DNA of 64,000 bases from Perna viridis (taxonomy: Eukaryota). The DNA is taken from positions 35,622,664 to 35,686,663 of the forward strand of contig CM074520.1 in NCBI GenBank assembly GCA_037379345.1, read 5' to 3'. The notes under the pieces were generated by a model that made no database searches, had not been told where the DNA came from, and saw only the letters and a program-made list of their open reading frames with translations. Numbering within the stretch: the first letter of the stretch is position 1; each line of letters opens with the position of its first letter. This document shows, one piece after another, positions 26,901 through 41,900 of the stretch. The position numbers and the translations under genes were made by a program.

Positions 26901-29900
26901 AATCCAGGGGTAACTATGACAGTAAGACTGGTTATGGTTGAATCCAGGGGTAACAAAGACAGTAAGATGAGTTATGGTCGAATCCAGGGGTAACTATGAT
27001 AGTAAGACAGGTTATTGTTGCATCCAGGGGTCACGAAGATGGTAAGATGGGTTATTGTTGAATCCAGGGGTTACTAAGACAGTAAGACGGGTTATTGTTG
27101 AATCCAGCAGTTACTAAGACAGTAAGACTGGTTATGATTAAATCCAGGGGTTACTGTGACAGTAAGACAGGTTATTGTTGAATCCAGGGGTTACTGTGAC
27201 AGTAAGACGGGTTATGGTTGAATCCAGGGGTTACAAAGACATTAAGACGGGTTATGCTTGAATCCAGGGGTTACAAAGACAGTAAGACCTGTTATGGTCG
27301 AATCCAGGGGTAACTATGACAGTAAGACAGGTTATGGTTGAATCCAGGGGTAACTATGACAGTATGATGTATTATTGTCAAATCCAGGGGTAACTATGAC
27401 AGTAAGATGGGTTATGGTCGAATCCACGGGTAATTATGACAGTAAGAGGGGTTACGGTTGAATCCAGGGGTAACTATGACAGTAAGACGGGTTATGGTCG
27501 AATCCAGGGGTAACTATGACAGTAAGATAGGTTTGACTGTAATTGGAGTAAATTTAATCAACATTTATTTACCTCTCTAATCTCTTTTTACGGAATGACC
27601 TTGCTCTTTCTCTTTTCTGGTCAACTGAAATGAAAAAAAAGTTTGCCTTTTATTTATTTTTAAAGTTTATTCATTATACTATTGTGATAAAAAATTGAGA
27701 TTGATATAGACAAATAAAAATCGTCATTATAGAGATCAATATTTTGAGTTCATATTCAAATTTCATTATATATATACCATACTGGATTCTTTTGATAATA
27801 ATGCACTGAATAAAAACACCAGTACACTTGTACATAATAAAGCATTTTTAAATTGAAGCTTGTATATATTTTTCAAATTATTTTTTTCTAAATGTATTGC
27901 TACAGAAATTAGCCTTTTTATAAACAAAATCTAGCATCTGAAACAATATTATAGCTTTCATTTCAAAATATAGAAATGATATTTATTCTGTACTGTCTAA
28001 ATGATTATGACAATGATTTTTGATTTTTTTTACTGTATTTTTGTAATTGAAGCAAACACACACATGCAGCCATCAACCACTGTTGCCATAGCCGTGTGCA
28101 TAAATCACCAACTCAGGTGCATCACTGAAAGTGCATATCGTTATCTCATTAGCATGCAAACCATATATATCTTACGGGGGTATACTGAAGCACAATATGA
28201 TAATAAATTAATAATCAATTCAAACATGCTTAATTAGAAAAATGTTAGTTATCATAATATATCCATGTCCTTTTATGTGATTATCAAAATTAAATGTATC
28301 AGCATACAAGTGAACAACAAAAAAGGTTTTTTTAACCACAACAAAATAAGTTTGTGTTCAAAACTTCTATGAGGGGAACAGCAGCAAAATGTTGGCACAT
28401 TTAAAATTATGATGTAACAATTCATAATTGGATAATGATGTAAACATATGCCAATATTTGAACTTACAAAAATTGAATTGAAAAGAGCTAGAAAATATGT
28501 ACAAAAAATATCAATACAGTAAAACCTTGCCACAACAAACTACTTTAAGACTGTAAATTTGTTTGGTTTAGACAGGTGTTCAGTTTACCAAGGTTAAAAA
28601 TACATTAAAATTGATATAAATGGATTCTAAGGAGTGTCTGGTATAGACAGGTTTCAGATTATTCATGGTTCTGTATAGACAGGTTATCAGATTATTCATG
28701 GTTCAGTATTGACAGGTTATCAGATTATTCATGGTTCAGTATAGACAGATTTCACTGTAAAAGCAAAAAATCAATTTTAGAAAATTTCTTGATAACATTA
28801 TGCTCTAAACTTTGTCAATAATTTCATTAAGTTTTAATGAAAAAAATAAACAAACAAACAAACAAAAAAAAATAAAAAAGGAATGTATGCTCCGATAACT
28901 TGGAGACATACAGTTAGGATACAGTTATAGAATATTATTGAGTTCATAGGAAGAAAATAAAAATGATTTTAAACAAAAACCAATGCTCTCCCACTAGCTC
29001 TTTTCAAATCGTATATATACCGGTACACATGTATATGTATATATATATAGTGAGTAGTCACGACAAGCATAATTAGCAACAGTATGGAAAGTGACTATAC
29101 CCTTTCTATGTTCCAATACATAGGGTGAAAGTTGATAACGTTGAAGAGCTAGAAAAGAATATCCAGAATGTACAGTTATTCATGCAATGAAAATTAGTTG
29201 TCATAGTGTCATTTTAAAAGGATATGATGTTTATTATGACAAATCTTCAGTCCATAATCGTGAGACATACAAAGTTTACACTGCATAGGTATCTACATAA
29301 AATACTGTTACGACTACATCTGCTTTATTCTAATGATTAGGAGATATCAGAACTATGGAACCAGACATTTTTAGAGGTATTACAGAAAAAAAAACAATCA
29401 TTTAGAAGAAGTACTGAGAAAACAGTCACTTTAGAAGTATTACCATACATAGAAAACAATCATTTTAGAGGAAGTACTGAAAAAACAGTCACTTTAGAAG
29501 TATTACAGAGAAAACTGACAGTTTAATAGTAATATATAGAAAACTGACATTTTAGAAGTATCGTTTAAAAGACAGATTAATTTACATATGACTTTTTTCT
29601 ACTTTGATATAAAAGAAATCACTATTATTGTATAGCAATAGAAAGCAATGCAACATCAGTGTGCAATAAATTACCATATTGCACTAGTGCAAATATAGTT
29701 AAAATTTGTGACGTTATATGTGACAAAAGTTCATTTTAAACAAGACTAAGTTATATTGCCATACAATAAAAGGGTGATTACATGAATAATGGGGAATATT
29801 ATCCATTGTAGAATATATATATATTTCACTTGTAAACTCATGCAATATAAATTATACTAGGAATAATATTCTCCAATATTCAAGCAATAACCCTATATTA

Positions 29901-32900
29901 TTAGACTAACATTTTTTTAAGGGAATGTCATTACCATAAAATTGTTCTAAAATATAAACGACAATTTATTCCATACTTGTATTGACTAATTGATAATACA
30001 TATTGTACAAATTTGGGACAAATACAAAATGAACCATTCTTTTTTCTTATTTCAGTACAATATATGGTTTCCTAAGATAAATGATAGCCGGAATAGATGA
30101 AATGAACAAGTATAAACAAACTTGCAATACTTAAAAACAAAACATTTTAGTTCAAAATTCAAACTACGCGAAAAAGCAATAGCAGAATACAGCAGAAGCT
30201 GAGTCAGATGATGAGCTACAATTGATCCACATCAGCTCTTGTTATTATGTCAATATTTACCTTCTGCCAATTGTTGTTGTTGTTTGGCTTGTTTCTCAAA
30301 CAAATGACGAGTCTCCGGGAGAAGCCATTCTTCTGGATCAAATCTACCGGTACTTGTCATAGTACGCAGTAAACTGGTCCGTGTGTGAGCTAAAAAATAT
30401 TACACAATGTCTTTTATTTTGTTTTCAGGAAAATTCTTTTTAATCATTTTGGCTAAGCAATTCTTTTTCTTTATCTCTTTTCTTATTTTTGCAACTACTG
30501 CATTCTCTCTGTACATCTTATTGTACTGTAAAAGCTTTTTCCCTTGGCCCTTAGAGGAGATCAGGAAGTCATATATCAGATCAAATCATTAATTTGGAGT
30601 ACATGGTTATCAAAAGGAAGAAAAAAAAAGAGACAAGGAAAATAAAATGGAGTTGGGAAGTACAACATACAAGATAAAATGTATAGGTTATCAATATATA
30701 TTTGACTATGATCCCACTACTCAAGCACAATTTATATATTGGGTATACATTATAAAACAACAGTGCTTGTAACCCCAGGACTCTAGTGCACTTTATATTG
30801 GGTAAACATAATACAACAGTGCTTGTGATACCACCACTTTATATTGTGTATATTATGATCTCTTCACCTAAGCACACTTTATATTTGGTATACATTCAAA
30901 TACAAAAAATGTATAACAGTGCTTGTAATCCCAGCACTCAAACACATTTTATATTGTGTATATTATGATCTTGTCACTCAAAGCACACTTTAAATCATGT
31001 ATACAGTATAATACAACAGTGCTTGTGATACTAAAATTGAAGTTTCTACAAAGATATATTGGTAATACAATATGTATCCAGTGTTTTCTCCAAGAATTTC
31101 CTTCAGGGTAATAGAACCACAAATCCTACCTGATATCTATTAAAGCATTTCAGAGGGGAATTGTTTTTAGGGGGATCCTAATGCAAAAACTGCTCTGGAG
31201 AAAACATTGTATATCAAAGGGTCAAAAAGATAAACTAGTCAAAATCAAAATGTAATTTTTTTAAACTGGAAAAGAAAATGGTAATACCGTAATTTTCAGT
31301 TTCTCCAATAAAACACACAAAAAATAAAGAAACTAGAATTGTGGAGTAAAACTTTGAAATGTAAGGAAAAGGTACCAGTACATCAAAAATATAATGAAGC
31401 ATATTCAGAATAAACTGGCTAAATGCATAAATAAAAAATCATATAAGTTTATATAATTGAGAGGAAAAGGGGGATTTTGAATATATCTGGACATGGAAGC
31501 ATGAATGAAAGCTTGTAAAGTAAAAATGTTCATAGTAGAAAAATATACAGCATGCAGACTATAGCTAATAATCCATAATTAATGTACAAAAAGAGAAGGG
31601 ATGGAAAAACATTATATGTTGGGATGGAAAAATAATCTACCATATAAACATGCTTATACCTGATTTTCTACGAGGATACGAGGTTATATCCTGCTTTGCT
31701 AGAATAAAGAAAAACATTAAGTAATATACTACTTCTACCTTAATGTAAAGCAGCTCACTACATATGGAATATTTAGCCACTGAATATATTATGCTTAATA
31801 AGTATGCAATTGTCTTTACTTATAAAAATTTTCTTTAGTATTATATTGAGTGTCATGACAGTATGCTTACAAGCTGTTAGGGGATTTGGAGCAGATTTCC
31901 TAGCACTGGTAGGCCTGGAATATCTCCTGACCCTCATAGATGATTTCTGTGGTGTAGGTGATGCAGATCTAGGGGGTGGGGAAGGAGTAGTCCTCTCCTC
32001 TCGAGGAGGTGGGCAACTCTTTGGACGAGGTACACTCATTGGGTCTGGACGGAACAATAGTGATGGATCCATGGGAGGTTGTGCTGACGGCTTGTCTGTT
32101 TTTGGCAGTGCATGATTCCTGAAAAAAGTGTAAAATGAGAACTCACTACATAAATAATGAATCAGTAATCATAATTTACATTATCTAATTCAATATTTCT
32201 TCATAAATTGACTCACAAAAACAGTTATGAAGGGGAATTTATTTAACTTACATGCAACATCATTGAGTTGATAATTAAAATTAAGTACTAAATACAGAAT
32301 GATACTGAAATCAGGCCCATAGAGAGGGAATTTGAGGGGCTATGATGATGTCCTCCTGCCTTAAGTTGAGAAAATTTTGTCCACTTATCCCCATTACAGA
32401 CATTTGGCTTTGGGCCTGGAAACTGTCAGAAAGAATGTTATATGTTGTGTGATAAATATGCTGATAACTCCCCCCTCCCTACACCCGCATTTTCATTACT
32501 TACCTGCTACATCTTCTCTCCTTCATAGTCTCCACTTCACTTTTCCATGAAAGTGTAGAACATTCATCCCTGAGGTCTTCTATTTTCTGTAGATGTTCTA
32601 ACCCTCTCCTAATCTCCTCCTTCAACAGTCTTATATCCTCACTCTATCAAATACACAAACACAGTATGACTAACATATATTGGCATACATCATACATTTT
32701 TGTAATGCAAAGAAAATGTATTGTAACAGTTAAGTGTGTAACTAACACTTCTAATTGAGGATTCAAATACCAATCCATATAAAGTTCAGACACCGCCAAT
32801 GATAGAGGTGAAAGCATGTTTTTTTAGTCTATATAAACCATATTTAACAAACTGTTGTCCTTTCTGAATATAAATAAGTTATATTTTTATTACTTTTTTT

Positions 32901-35900
32901 AGAAAGCTATAAACTCATCTCCCACGTGAATCAACTAAATCTTTAATGAAAACTCTTGCAAGGTGACAATAGACCCTTTTGTGGTCAGTTGGTGAGCATG
33001 CTCAATATACACCTCTGCGAGGTAGAGCTTGGGTAGAACAAAAGAACTTTCCTCGCGGAAGTGTATATTGAGCATGCTCTACACATGCTCATCGACTACC
33101 CCAACATTAGCATGTTGCATCATTATTATTCTTTATCTCATGAGGGCAACAGTGAATAATCAGGATTGGCTATGTGGTCTGTTACTATTTTTGAATTAAA
33201 AATTAAGTGAATCTGGTGGGTTTTTGACATGCATGATTCACCTCCTGCCTGATTTTTAAAAAGATTGCTACTTATTCTACACATATATTGAACCAATTAC
33301 ACAGCATAGTTACCAGTGACATTGTTTAGGAATGCAGTGAAAATGTATGCCAGTAAATTTTTATTGCATATTGGAGAAATTTAGCTTAAAATCTCTTAAA
33401 CAAATTGTTATTAGCAGCATATAAAGAATCTTAATTTTATTGTTCCAGTAAATCATTATTTCAATAGTGTTTTGATCAAACCAAAGAGTTGCTGGTCATA
33501 CATATCGGAAACCATCAATTTATCTGCAATAAATGCTTCAGTATTAAAGAAACTGTTGTCTCTATGAATAAATAGTAACAAACATCATTTTACCAAGCTA
33601 CCCCACCCCCTCTTAAAAAAAAACCACTCAGAAATCTTAAAGAGCCTTGAATAAAAAAAATTGGAATTAGGGTTTAAAAATGAAAAAAAAATCATGACTT
33701 TTTAGCAAACAAAGCCAACTAAACCATTACACAATTAGTGAATAAATGGTTCCTCATCTTACAATATGGTAGGAGCCTTCTTTCAAAACCAAAATCATTG
33801 TGGCTGAAGACTCTAACAATGTTAATATGAGACATTTTGTTCCTACCTCCCATGATTTGGGCTGGTCTGGATCCATCCCTTTCTCTGAGAAATAATGGTA
33901 TCTTCCATCAGTAGCTTGAGCCAGGTCAGACAGGAACTGGTTAGCCTCAGTATCATTACAGTTAAATGAGATGGCATGAACAGGGACACAGTGCTGCATC
34001 TGTACCTGGGCTATGATAGACTTGGGTGGCTGAATTGAAATGTGTGGAAGGTTAAAGTATTGGATGACTTTTAGGTTAAAAGAAAAAATAGGCTTTAGTT
34101 TTCTTCAGAAAAGGTAAAAAGTGTAATAAATGTATTCACTGTAAAGTGTGTTAAAAGCATCTTTTTGTCATAATTACATCAATACAAGTTTTTAATAAAA
34201 AAAATGGCAATATCAACAATTTAACAGGCCAAAGAATCATCAGTTTAAGCTTGGAATTTACAAAAACATGACTTAACTGGGCAGGTCAATTACACAAGGG
34301 AATGCAGAAGTTTTACATGTAGGACATTATAAGTAGGATAAGTAGCCTTTCAAAAATCTGATCTGAATAAAACCTGGTTTATACCACTATTTCCATTGGA
34401 AATGTCTGTTACAAGTCAGGATCATTGCAGTGGTTTCCAACTTTTCCATTTTTCCTTTGATATTGTCATTTGTTATACAGACTTTCCTTTCTGACTTTTC
34501 CTTTTGACTACCATATTGCAAGTAATTTTAGCTGGGTGCTAATTTTTGCATATTTTTGCAGTCTGGTTACATCAAAACAAATTACACAAAAAAATTTACT
34601 TTGGACTTAAGTACTTAGTGCATCACTTATCATATTATGCAAAATTTGAAACACTAACATTTTTTGTATACCTATTTGCTTTAAAATAACCAAATTTTAC
34701 AACCACCATACGTCATTGCATAGAGCATGTAGAGTTTATGAGTGCATTTTTTTTGTAACTACCCTTCATTTTTGACATACAAAATCCTTTGATGGACAGG
34801 ACATTTACTAACCTGGTCAGGTCTGCCATCTGAGAGAAGATATATAGCCTGAGTTCCAGGGTCTGACAAAGCATGCTGCAAACCAGCATAGGTATTGGTG
34901 GATCCCCAGCATGAGAGATTCTGTATCCACTTCCAAGCTCCTATCAGTGATTGCTCATTGACATCAACCATTCTATTCTGCCACGCTGTGGATTTGGAGT
35001 TAAAGGCAACTAGATTGAATTTCTTCTTGTGTCTCAGTTGTTCCTAAAAACAAAAAGGGTAAAAATAAATCAATTTCATTATAGTCAATTGAGATAATAT
35101 TTGGAAAATTACTATATTTTTTCTCGTTTATTGTGTCCATTTAATATACATCCTAAAATAAACTGAAATGTAATGTATTGCAAATGTAATTCAAATCACT
35201 ACAATCAGTAATAATTCCAGTAACACAAAATTACAAAGAAAGAAAACACAAAAGGCAAATTTGATATCAATTCATCAGTTTGGAGCCAAAATAATAGCTG
35301 TGAAATTTTAACAGACAAGGTGATTCTGATATACCACCCACTAGTTGGGTGAGGTTTTATTTCAAACTGCTAAAAAAAGGCAGATAACACATAATCATTT
35401 TGCATTTAGTAATTAACATACCTGCATTAATATAAACAGCCTGTCTTTGACAAATGTAATACTGGGTAACATGGATGCTGATGTATCAATAAGTACATAG
35501 ATCTGATCTTCAATGACAGTACCAAACAATGCTCTACTACCCTGCTTCAACCAATCAATTCTGAACAAATTAATGTATCATATTAATAAATACACTAAAA
35601 TTTTAATAAAACATTGCACACTTTATACATAAAAGATAAATTGATGACAGATGGTCAGAAAGATTTACACCATAAAAATAAAATAAAAATATGTTTTACT
35701 ATTAAAAAGTTGAATACAAACAATATTTACTTATTGGAAAATACTGTAAAAAATTGAAAATTACCTATACAGTAAACGAAAGTACAAAATTAAATTTCAA
35801 ATACTTCATTATACTGATGGTAAAGACGACAAGTAGTCATAAAGTCTTTCAGAATTTTTAACAAGAACAAGAAAGAAAACATTTCCTGCTTTCTGCACTC

Positions 35901-38900
35901 ATATTCGTCTACTCTTCATCAACCGTACCTTTGTTGGAAAGATTTCATGGCTATATTCATTTTCTTCTCATAACGCCTGTGTATTTCTGGTGTGACCTGG
36001 ACATGCATCACTTGTCCGTCTTTCCACTTCACAACAGGAAATCTCTCACAATATCTAGCATTGATTAATTTGGAATGGGTCATCTACAAATTAAAAAAAC
36101 ATAATTTATACAAATAAAGTTACAACTTCTTAATGTAGCCCTAAACTTAATTTTTATTATTCTTCAGCAATAGCTAAAATATTTCAAGATTCTGAAGTTT
36201 AGAAGTAAACTACTTCAAAAATAAAAAATATTTAAATTTTGTAACTCTTCATGTTTAAACACTAAAATGGATCTTACACCTACCAAATTAAAATTTATCA
36301 ATAATTACTTTACTGAGTTATTTTACAGAAATAAAATCCTTATAATTTTTCAATATAAAAAACCTACTGCTTCCGTTTGTTCATGGTTGTAAGGTTTCAC
36401 TTTAATGTCTACAACACCATCTTGATGTTTGAAAGCAACACTTCCCAACACATCCCAAAGTTCCAGTCTACGGGCACCCAGTCCATATATACTAAGCCAT
36501 TGTTTTGTACCCATATACTGTTCATCTCTCTCTGTCAGGTCTGTTTTGTCAATCACCGATTCTAAACATTTAAAACAAATCATTGTTAGCTGTGTATTGA
36601 GCTAGAGTCTATAACATGTTAATAAGAGAAACATGAGCTAGCTGAATACAATAATAATTCCTCTTTCGAATAGATTAACATAAACACCACTAATCTTATT
36701 CATGAAAATTGTCCTCTTTCCTTTATAGAAAAACACAATGTATTTTACACTATCAAATAGTATAGATTCATGCCAGTATCCATGTTTAATAAAGTTTGAC
36801 CTCCGATGATAGTTACTAAGAATATTTATAGAATGCCTATACACACAATTTAGCACTACACCTTAAATTACACCTGCCCTATAAATTCTGTTAGCTATTT
36901 CTGTAAACCTATATATTATCTTCTATTGAAGTTTCTAAAATGCATTACTAATATAGTGTAAAATAGTTGGCATTCAGCAGCTTATTATTTTTGTGTGTGT
37001 CCTAAATTATTAATCAAGCTGAACAGAAACTGTAAATTAGATACCTGAATTCACAACATGCCATGTAAGGAATGTTGTTTCCAATAATTAATTTCCTCTA
37101 TTACAATTGGTTGTCAATTTTGATAATAGCACATACAATGATGATGACCAGTGAAAAAAAGTTGGTCTTCCCTTGGTTGAATGACAATTTCTTAGGTGTT
37201 TGAGGGGACAATTGAGAAGGAGATTTAAAATTTTCTATCAATATTTATTGTACTGTCTGACAGAATGTCTGATTGTCCAGTTGACTACCTAAGAAAGTTC
37301 ACCAGGCTATTGCCATTTAATCAAGGAAGACCAAGTCCATTCCATCATTTGCTTTAAACTGTAAATTAGATGTTTATGAAAATACAAGGACATGAACTCT
37401 TTCAAACTTTGTATTAGTCTGAATCATATAATCTGGGTAGGACATGTTAATTATAAGTGTAAAAAAATGTACCTTATATATATTTAGCTTCAAGAAAAAT
37501 TTGACAACTACTTCTTCAAAATGAATATCTTCCAATGTAAGCATCAGCCTGAGGTATAAGGCAAACGGCAATGGGATAGAGACAATGGAGGACTAAGGTA
37601 AGGGCACTCTAAACATCTGTTTATACAAATATTTCTGTTACTAAGAAAGGTTTGACTGGACACATTCAATAAGGACAAGGTAAAGAGACACTTCAAACAT
37701 ATTTCCTTCATTCATCAAAGATTGAAAATGAGTTTCTGCAAGCCATTTATATTCTAAATAGGAAACACTTCTTTTTTCCATGCAATAAATATAGATTAGA
37801 AAAGATCTATGTATCATAAGCAAGAAATAAATTCCATCTACACACTCTGTTCCTGATTAATAGGACATATGGTCTATGGCATGACAATTAAAATCTACTC
37901 CTTCTGTGTAATTCATACATTTACATTGAAACCTGTATAAACCAATCCCCCTTTTGAACTAAAAAATCTGTTTTGTTTGGACAAGAGTCTTGTTTACCAA
38001 GGTTAAAAAAAATTAAAATTGAATTAAAGGGACTATACAAAATGTCTGTTATAGACAGTTTTTTTAGTATTCAGGATTCAGTTTACACAAGTTTCACTGT
38101 ATAGAGAAAACTATAATTCATGCATGATAACTTTATAGCCATTTACATTTTTCATCTTTTTCTTATTTTATACTTTTTTCATTGTTTCAACTGAATGCCT
38201 GATGTTTTTGATGCCAAAGGTTGTATTTTCTTATATAAAATATGCTGAGTTTCAAATCTGCAGTTATTAAATTTTGCTTGAAAACTATATATACAGTATA
38301 TGTATTTGATCTCCAAATACAATCACTGTGCTGCTATATAAAAGCTTAAATTTGAAAGCTTGAGAAAAATATACAAGAACAGTAAATAAATGTGAAAAAA
38401 AATCAAGACCTGAAAGTATGAAAAATTACACAGAAGGAATAAGGGCTGTTCCAGTAAAATGTATGAGGGATTGAGGAAGGCACTTTTATTCTTTGTATAA
38501 GCGTGGGTGTTTCTAAAGTTTAATACAAAACATCAATAGACTTCTATGGGTGGCTCCCCTGATGAAAAAGTACCTTCCATGGGTACTTCATATGTTTTAA
38601 TGGAATAGCCCTAATCAAAATTTTCATGGACATGCTGATCAATAGTTTTCTACAGGTAACATAAAATAAAGCATACCATGTACATGTTCTAAAATATATT
38701 TCATAATATTTTATCTTATATGTAAAAGATGTACATCTACCTACTCTTCCAATAAAAGTATTTGATAAAGATGACAATCAAAGAAGACAACAATGATACT
38801 TAATACGTAAAATTACAGTGAGTCAAATAGTTAACTTCATGGCAAAGGATGACATCATCTGATGAAATTCCCTATGTATTTAACTTTACAATTGGCAAAG

Positions 38901-41900
38901 AGATTTCAACTTTCTACCAAACACAGATTAAAGTATTTATGCAATGATAGAAAGTTTTAATTTCTTGTTAATTATTTAGTTAAATACCTAAGACATTTTA
39001 TCAGGTGATGGCCATTCAATGAGAGGAAGACAACTCTATTCTCTGAAGTTAACTATATTATTCACAGAAATTTGGTGTGATAAATCATGTTTTGTGACAT
39101 AATAAGTCAGTTCAAAACAAGGAAAAGAAACTAAATTGCATCACATTAAATCTCTTTAAATTACAATAGCTATAATTGTGCATTAAATTACTGAGTATAT
39201 AATGTCTGTATTGGTAAATGTACATAATAAAAAATATACTTCATGCTAATACATTGTACGTGTAAAATATTTATTAAGTCAAAGTGTTAAAGGTTGGTGT
39301 AAGCTCACCATCAATAATTTCTGTAGGACCTGTCAATATGTATTCATTTATTTAATAAAACATGTATTTGTCTTTCAGGTAAAGATAAATCAAAGTATAC
39401 AGACATTTAACTATTACATGTATTAAGTTACCTATTCTTAAATAATTGAGCAATTCAAAATGTATAAACTTAGTAGTTTTTTTTTTGTATTTCTCACATT
39501 AAGACTAGTTCATGCTAAGTAAAACCTTACCAACAATAACTTTTGGTTCTGGAACTTCTTCCATTATAGCTTGTACTTGTGAAATAGTATTCCTAGCTTC
39601 TTCTATCTCCTCAAACAATAAGGCCACATCTTCTCTCATTCCTGCTCCCGGGGGTACTCCTCCATACGTACGCTTCTTCAGCACTATATTGGCACGATTA
39701 TTCCGAGGATCAACTGGGGATGGCTCATAACTGTCCATCTCCATGATCACTGAGTAGGCATGAAATCTAGAAGGTTAAAGGTCAAGTGTATATAAAAACA
39801 TTAGGTAAAATATGCTTGCATGCCAAATTTGAAATCCATCCATCCATTGAGAGTCAAGATAATTGCAATGAAATTTGGATGGATATACCTACGAGATGAT
39901 TCCAATTTACCACCCAGTTGGGTATAACAATATCTATTGATTACGAAAAGTTTGATGTTTCAAAGTTGACAATTTTTTTGGAAATACACTTAATTATTGT
40001 CTCTATAATTATCCATCAAACATAGAAAGTTTTCGTGAACCCTAAACAACAACAAACTCACTCACGTACTGTGACCAGAAGCACCATGCTATTTCTAATC
40101 TACAGATATATGTACTATACATCTCTATATAACTTACTTGGCACCACTTCTATCAGTGAAGTCTTTCAGGAATCTTACTGTCCCTGAGTCATCACAGTTA
40201 AAGGCAACAATGTGTACAGGCACTTTACGTGGTAATTCTTTTACCTGGAAAAACATGTCATTATGACTAATAATTCTACTCATGTAAATGTATTTACAAG
40301 AGGTTGGTGTAAAAATAAGGTATTACATGTACACCTATGAAGAATTTAACTGATGATTAGCATAATTTACTAGTATAGAATTCTAGAAGTGCCAATTCCA
40401 ATACAGCAATTTTTTGAGATGGCCTCACACAGTTGATAGCTGAAAAACTTGAGTCCAATCCATTTGTTTTTTCCTTCAACAATATATATGTTAAAATATA
40501 AAATGACAGTTCAAGCAAAGTCTCATAAAAAATTTCTAGTAATAGTGATTTTTCACCTTCAAATTACTAACTTTAAAATCTACATTTGTCACAAAGAGTC
40601 AAAGTTCAATAAAATATATCAGGGTAATCTAAAGACAGTGGACTATAATTAACCTTTTCTTTCAGAATTTCTTTACATGATTCTATTGATGATCCTTCTG
40701 TGAACAGGTAAATAGCTTCATTCTGAAATAACCAAATGTTAAAACATCCTATTAACATGAAAAAAATTGGTGCCTTTATACTATATTAAATTTTAACTGA
40801 ATTATTCAAAAAGAAACAAATTCATCAGTTCTGTAAATAGATTTTGAAACAATAACAATCTTTGAAGATATAATGAATTTTGATTATAAATGAAATCCTT
40901 CTATAACAAAAAAAAAAAACGATTTAAAAATATTCTGCTTTATAAGAAAAAATTAAATAGATTAATTAGTACCCTCACATTTTATCAATAATATATATAC
41001 TCACATTAGGATCATTGGCTGCCTTCTTGACAGCTTCACAAGTTGTAGTTTTAGCAACAGGGGCCAATCTATCTAAGTTCCAGACCCAGTCAACAGCTCC
41101 CTGTATTGTATCGTGAGTAACAGGTACACACTCAGGATGGTACCTCTCTATATCATCTGTAGACCTGTATATAAATATGAAGGATATACTGCAATTTACA
41201 GTCTGTCAACCAATTTTTCTTTGCAGATATTTATTGTTGTGATCTAGGATTTCAATCCAATTTCACAACACTCTCTCAAAGATGTATTTTTTAATTAACA
41301 GTATAAAGACATTAACTGTCATGGTAATTTCTTGCTTGTGAAATTAATGAAAATAATTGCTTGCAAAAATAAGTTTCAAAATGCCCAAGTGTTTACTTAT
41401 CATCAATATTCCACTTAAAAGTATTTGCAATACTGACAAACAATAATATAATGACTAATTGTTGTACCTTATCAAATTAAATTTGACAACTTGTGTTAGC
41501 TGTTCATAAATGACCCTTTCTAGAGCCATTCTGTATTGGTCAAAATGTATCGGAGACATGTTACGTATATCAAGAACGATAGTCACAGCTTTCTCTTCTA
41601 TCACACCAAAGAGACGTCGACTCTCTGTAGTAAGCCATTCCAATCGACGCTTGAATAAGTTCAATGACTGGTTCAGTCTGGCTTCTATTTGTCTCAGTTG
41701 CTCTCTGCTGCATGTAATCTGTTTAAAAAATATTAAAGCGATGACTTTACTTGAAAAAAAATTAATTTTACAACATGAGAAAGCATGATTAATTATGCTG
41801 ATAATCAAATGTAAATAAATTTAGTTCCTTATAGTAAGTATCAATTTGTCTATTCATTCTAAATATGTATTTGTCAATCTACTGCCATGCACTACCTGAA

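Noticed and set aside
24085-27533. CRISPR-like arrays
   Set aside because: Units are contiguous tandem copies with no unique spacers; the context is eukaryotic and there are no cas genes.
31804-41788. Plus-strand ORFs 31804-32115, 36377-36565, 39512-39730 and 41510-41788 as an antisense gene
   Set aside because: They are shadows of minus-strand coding exons with no coherent splice chain.
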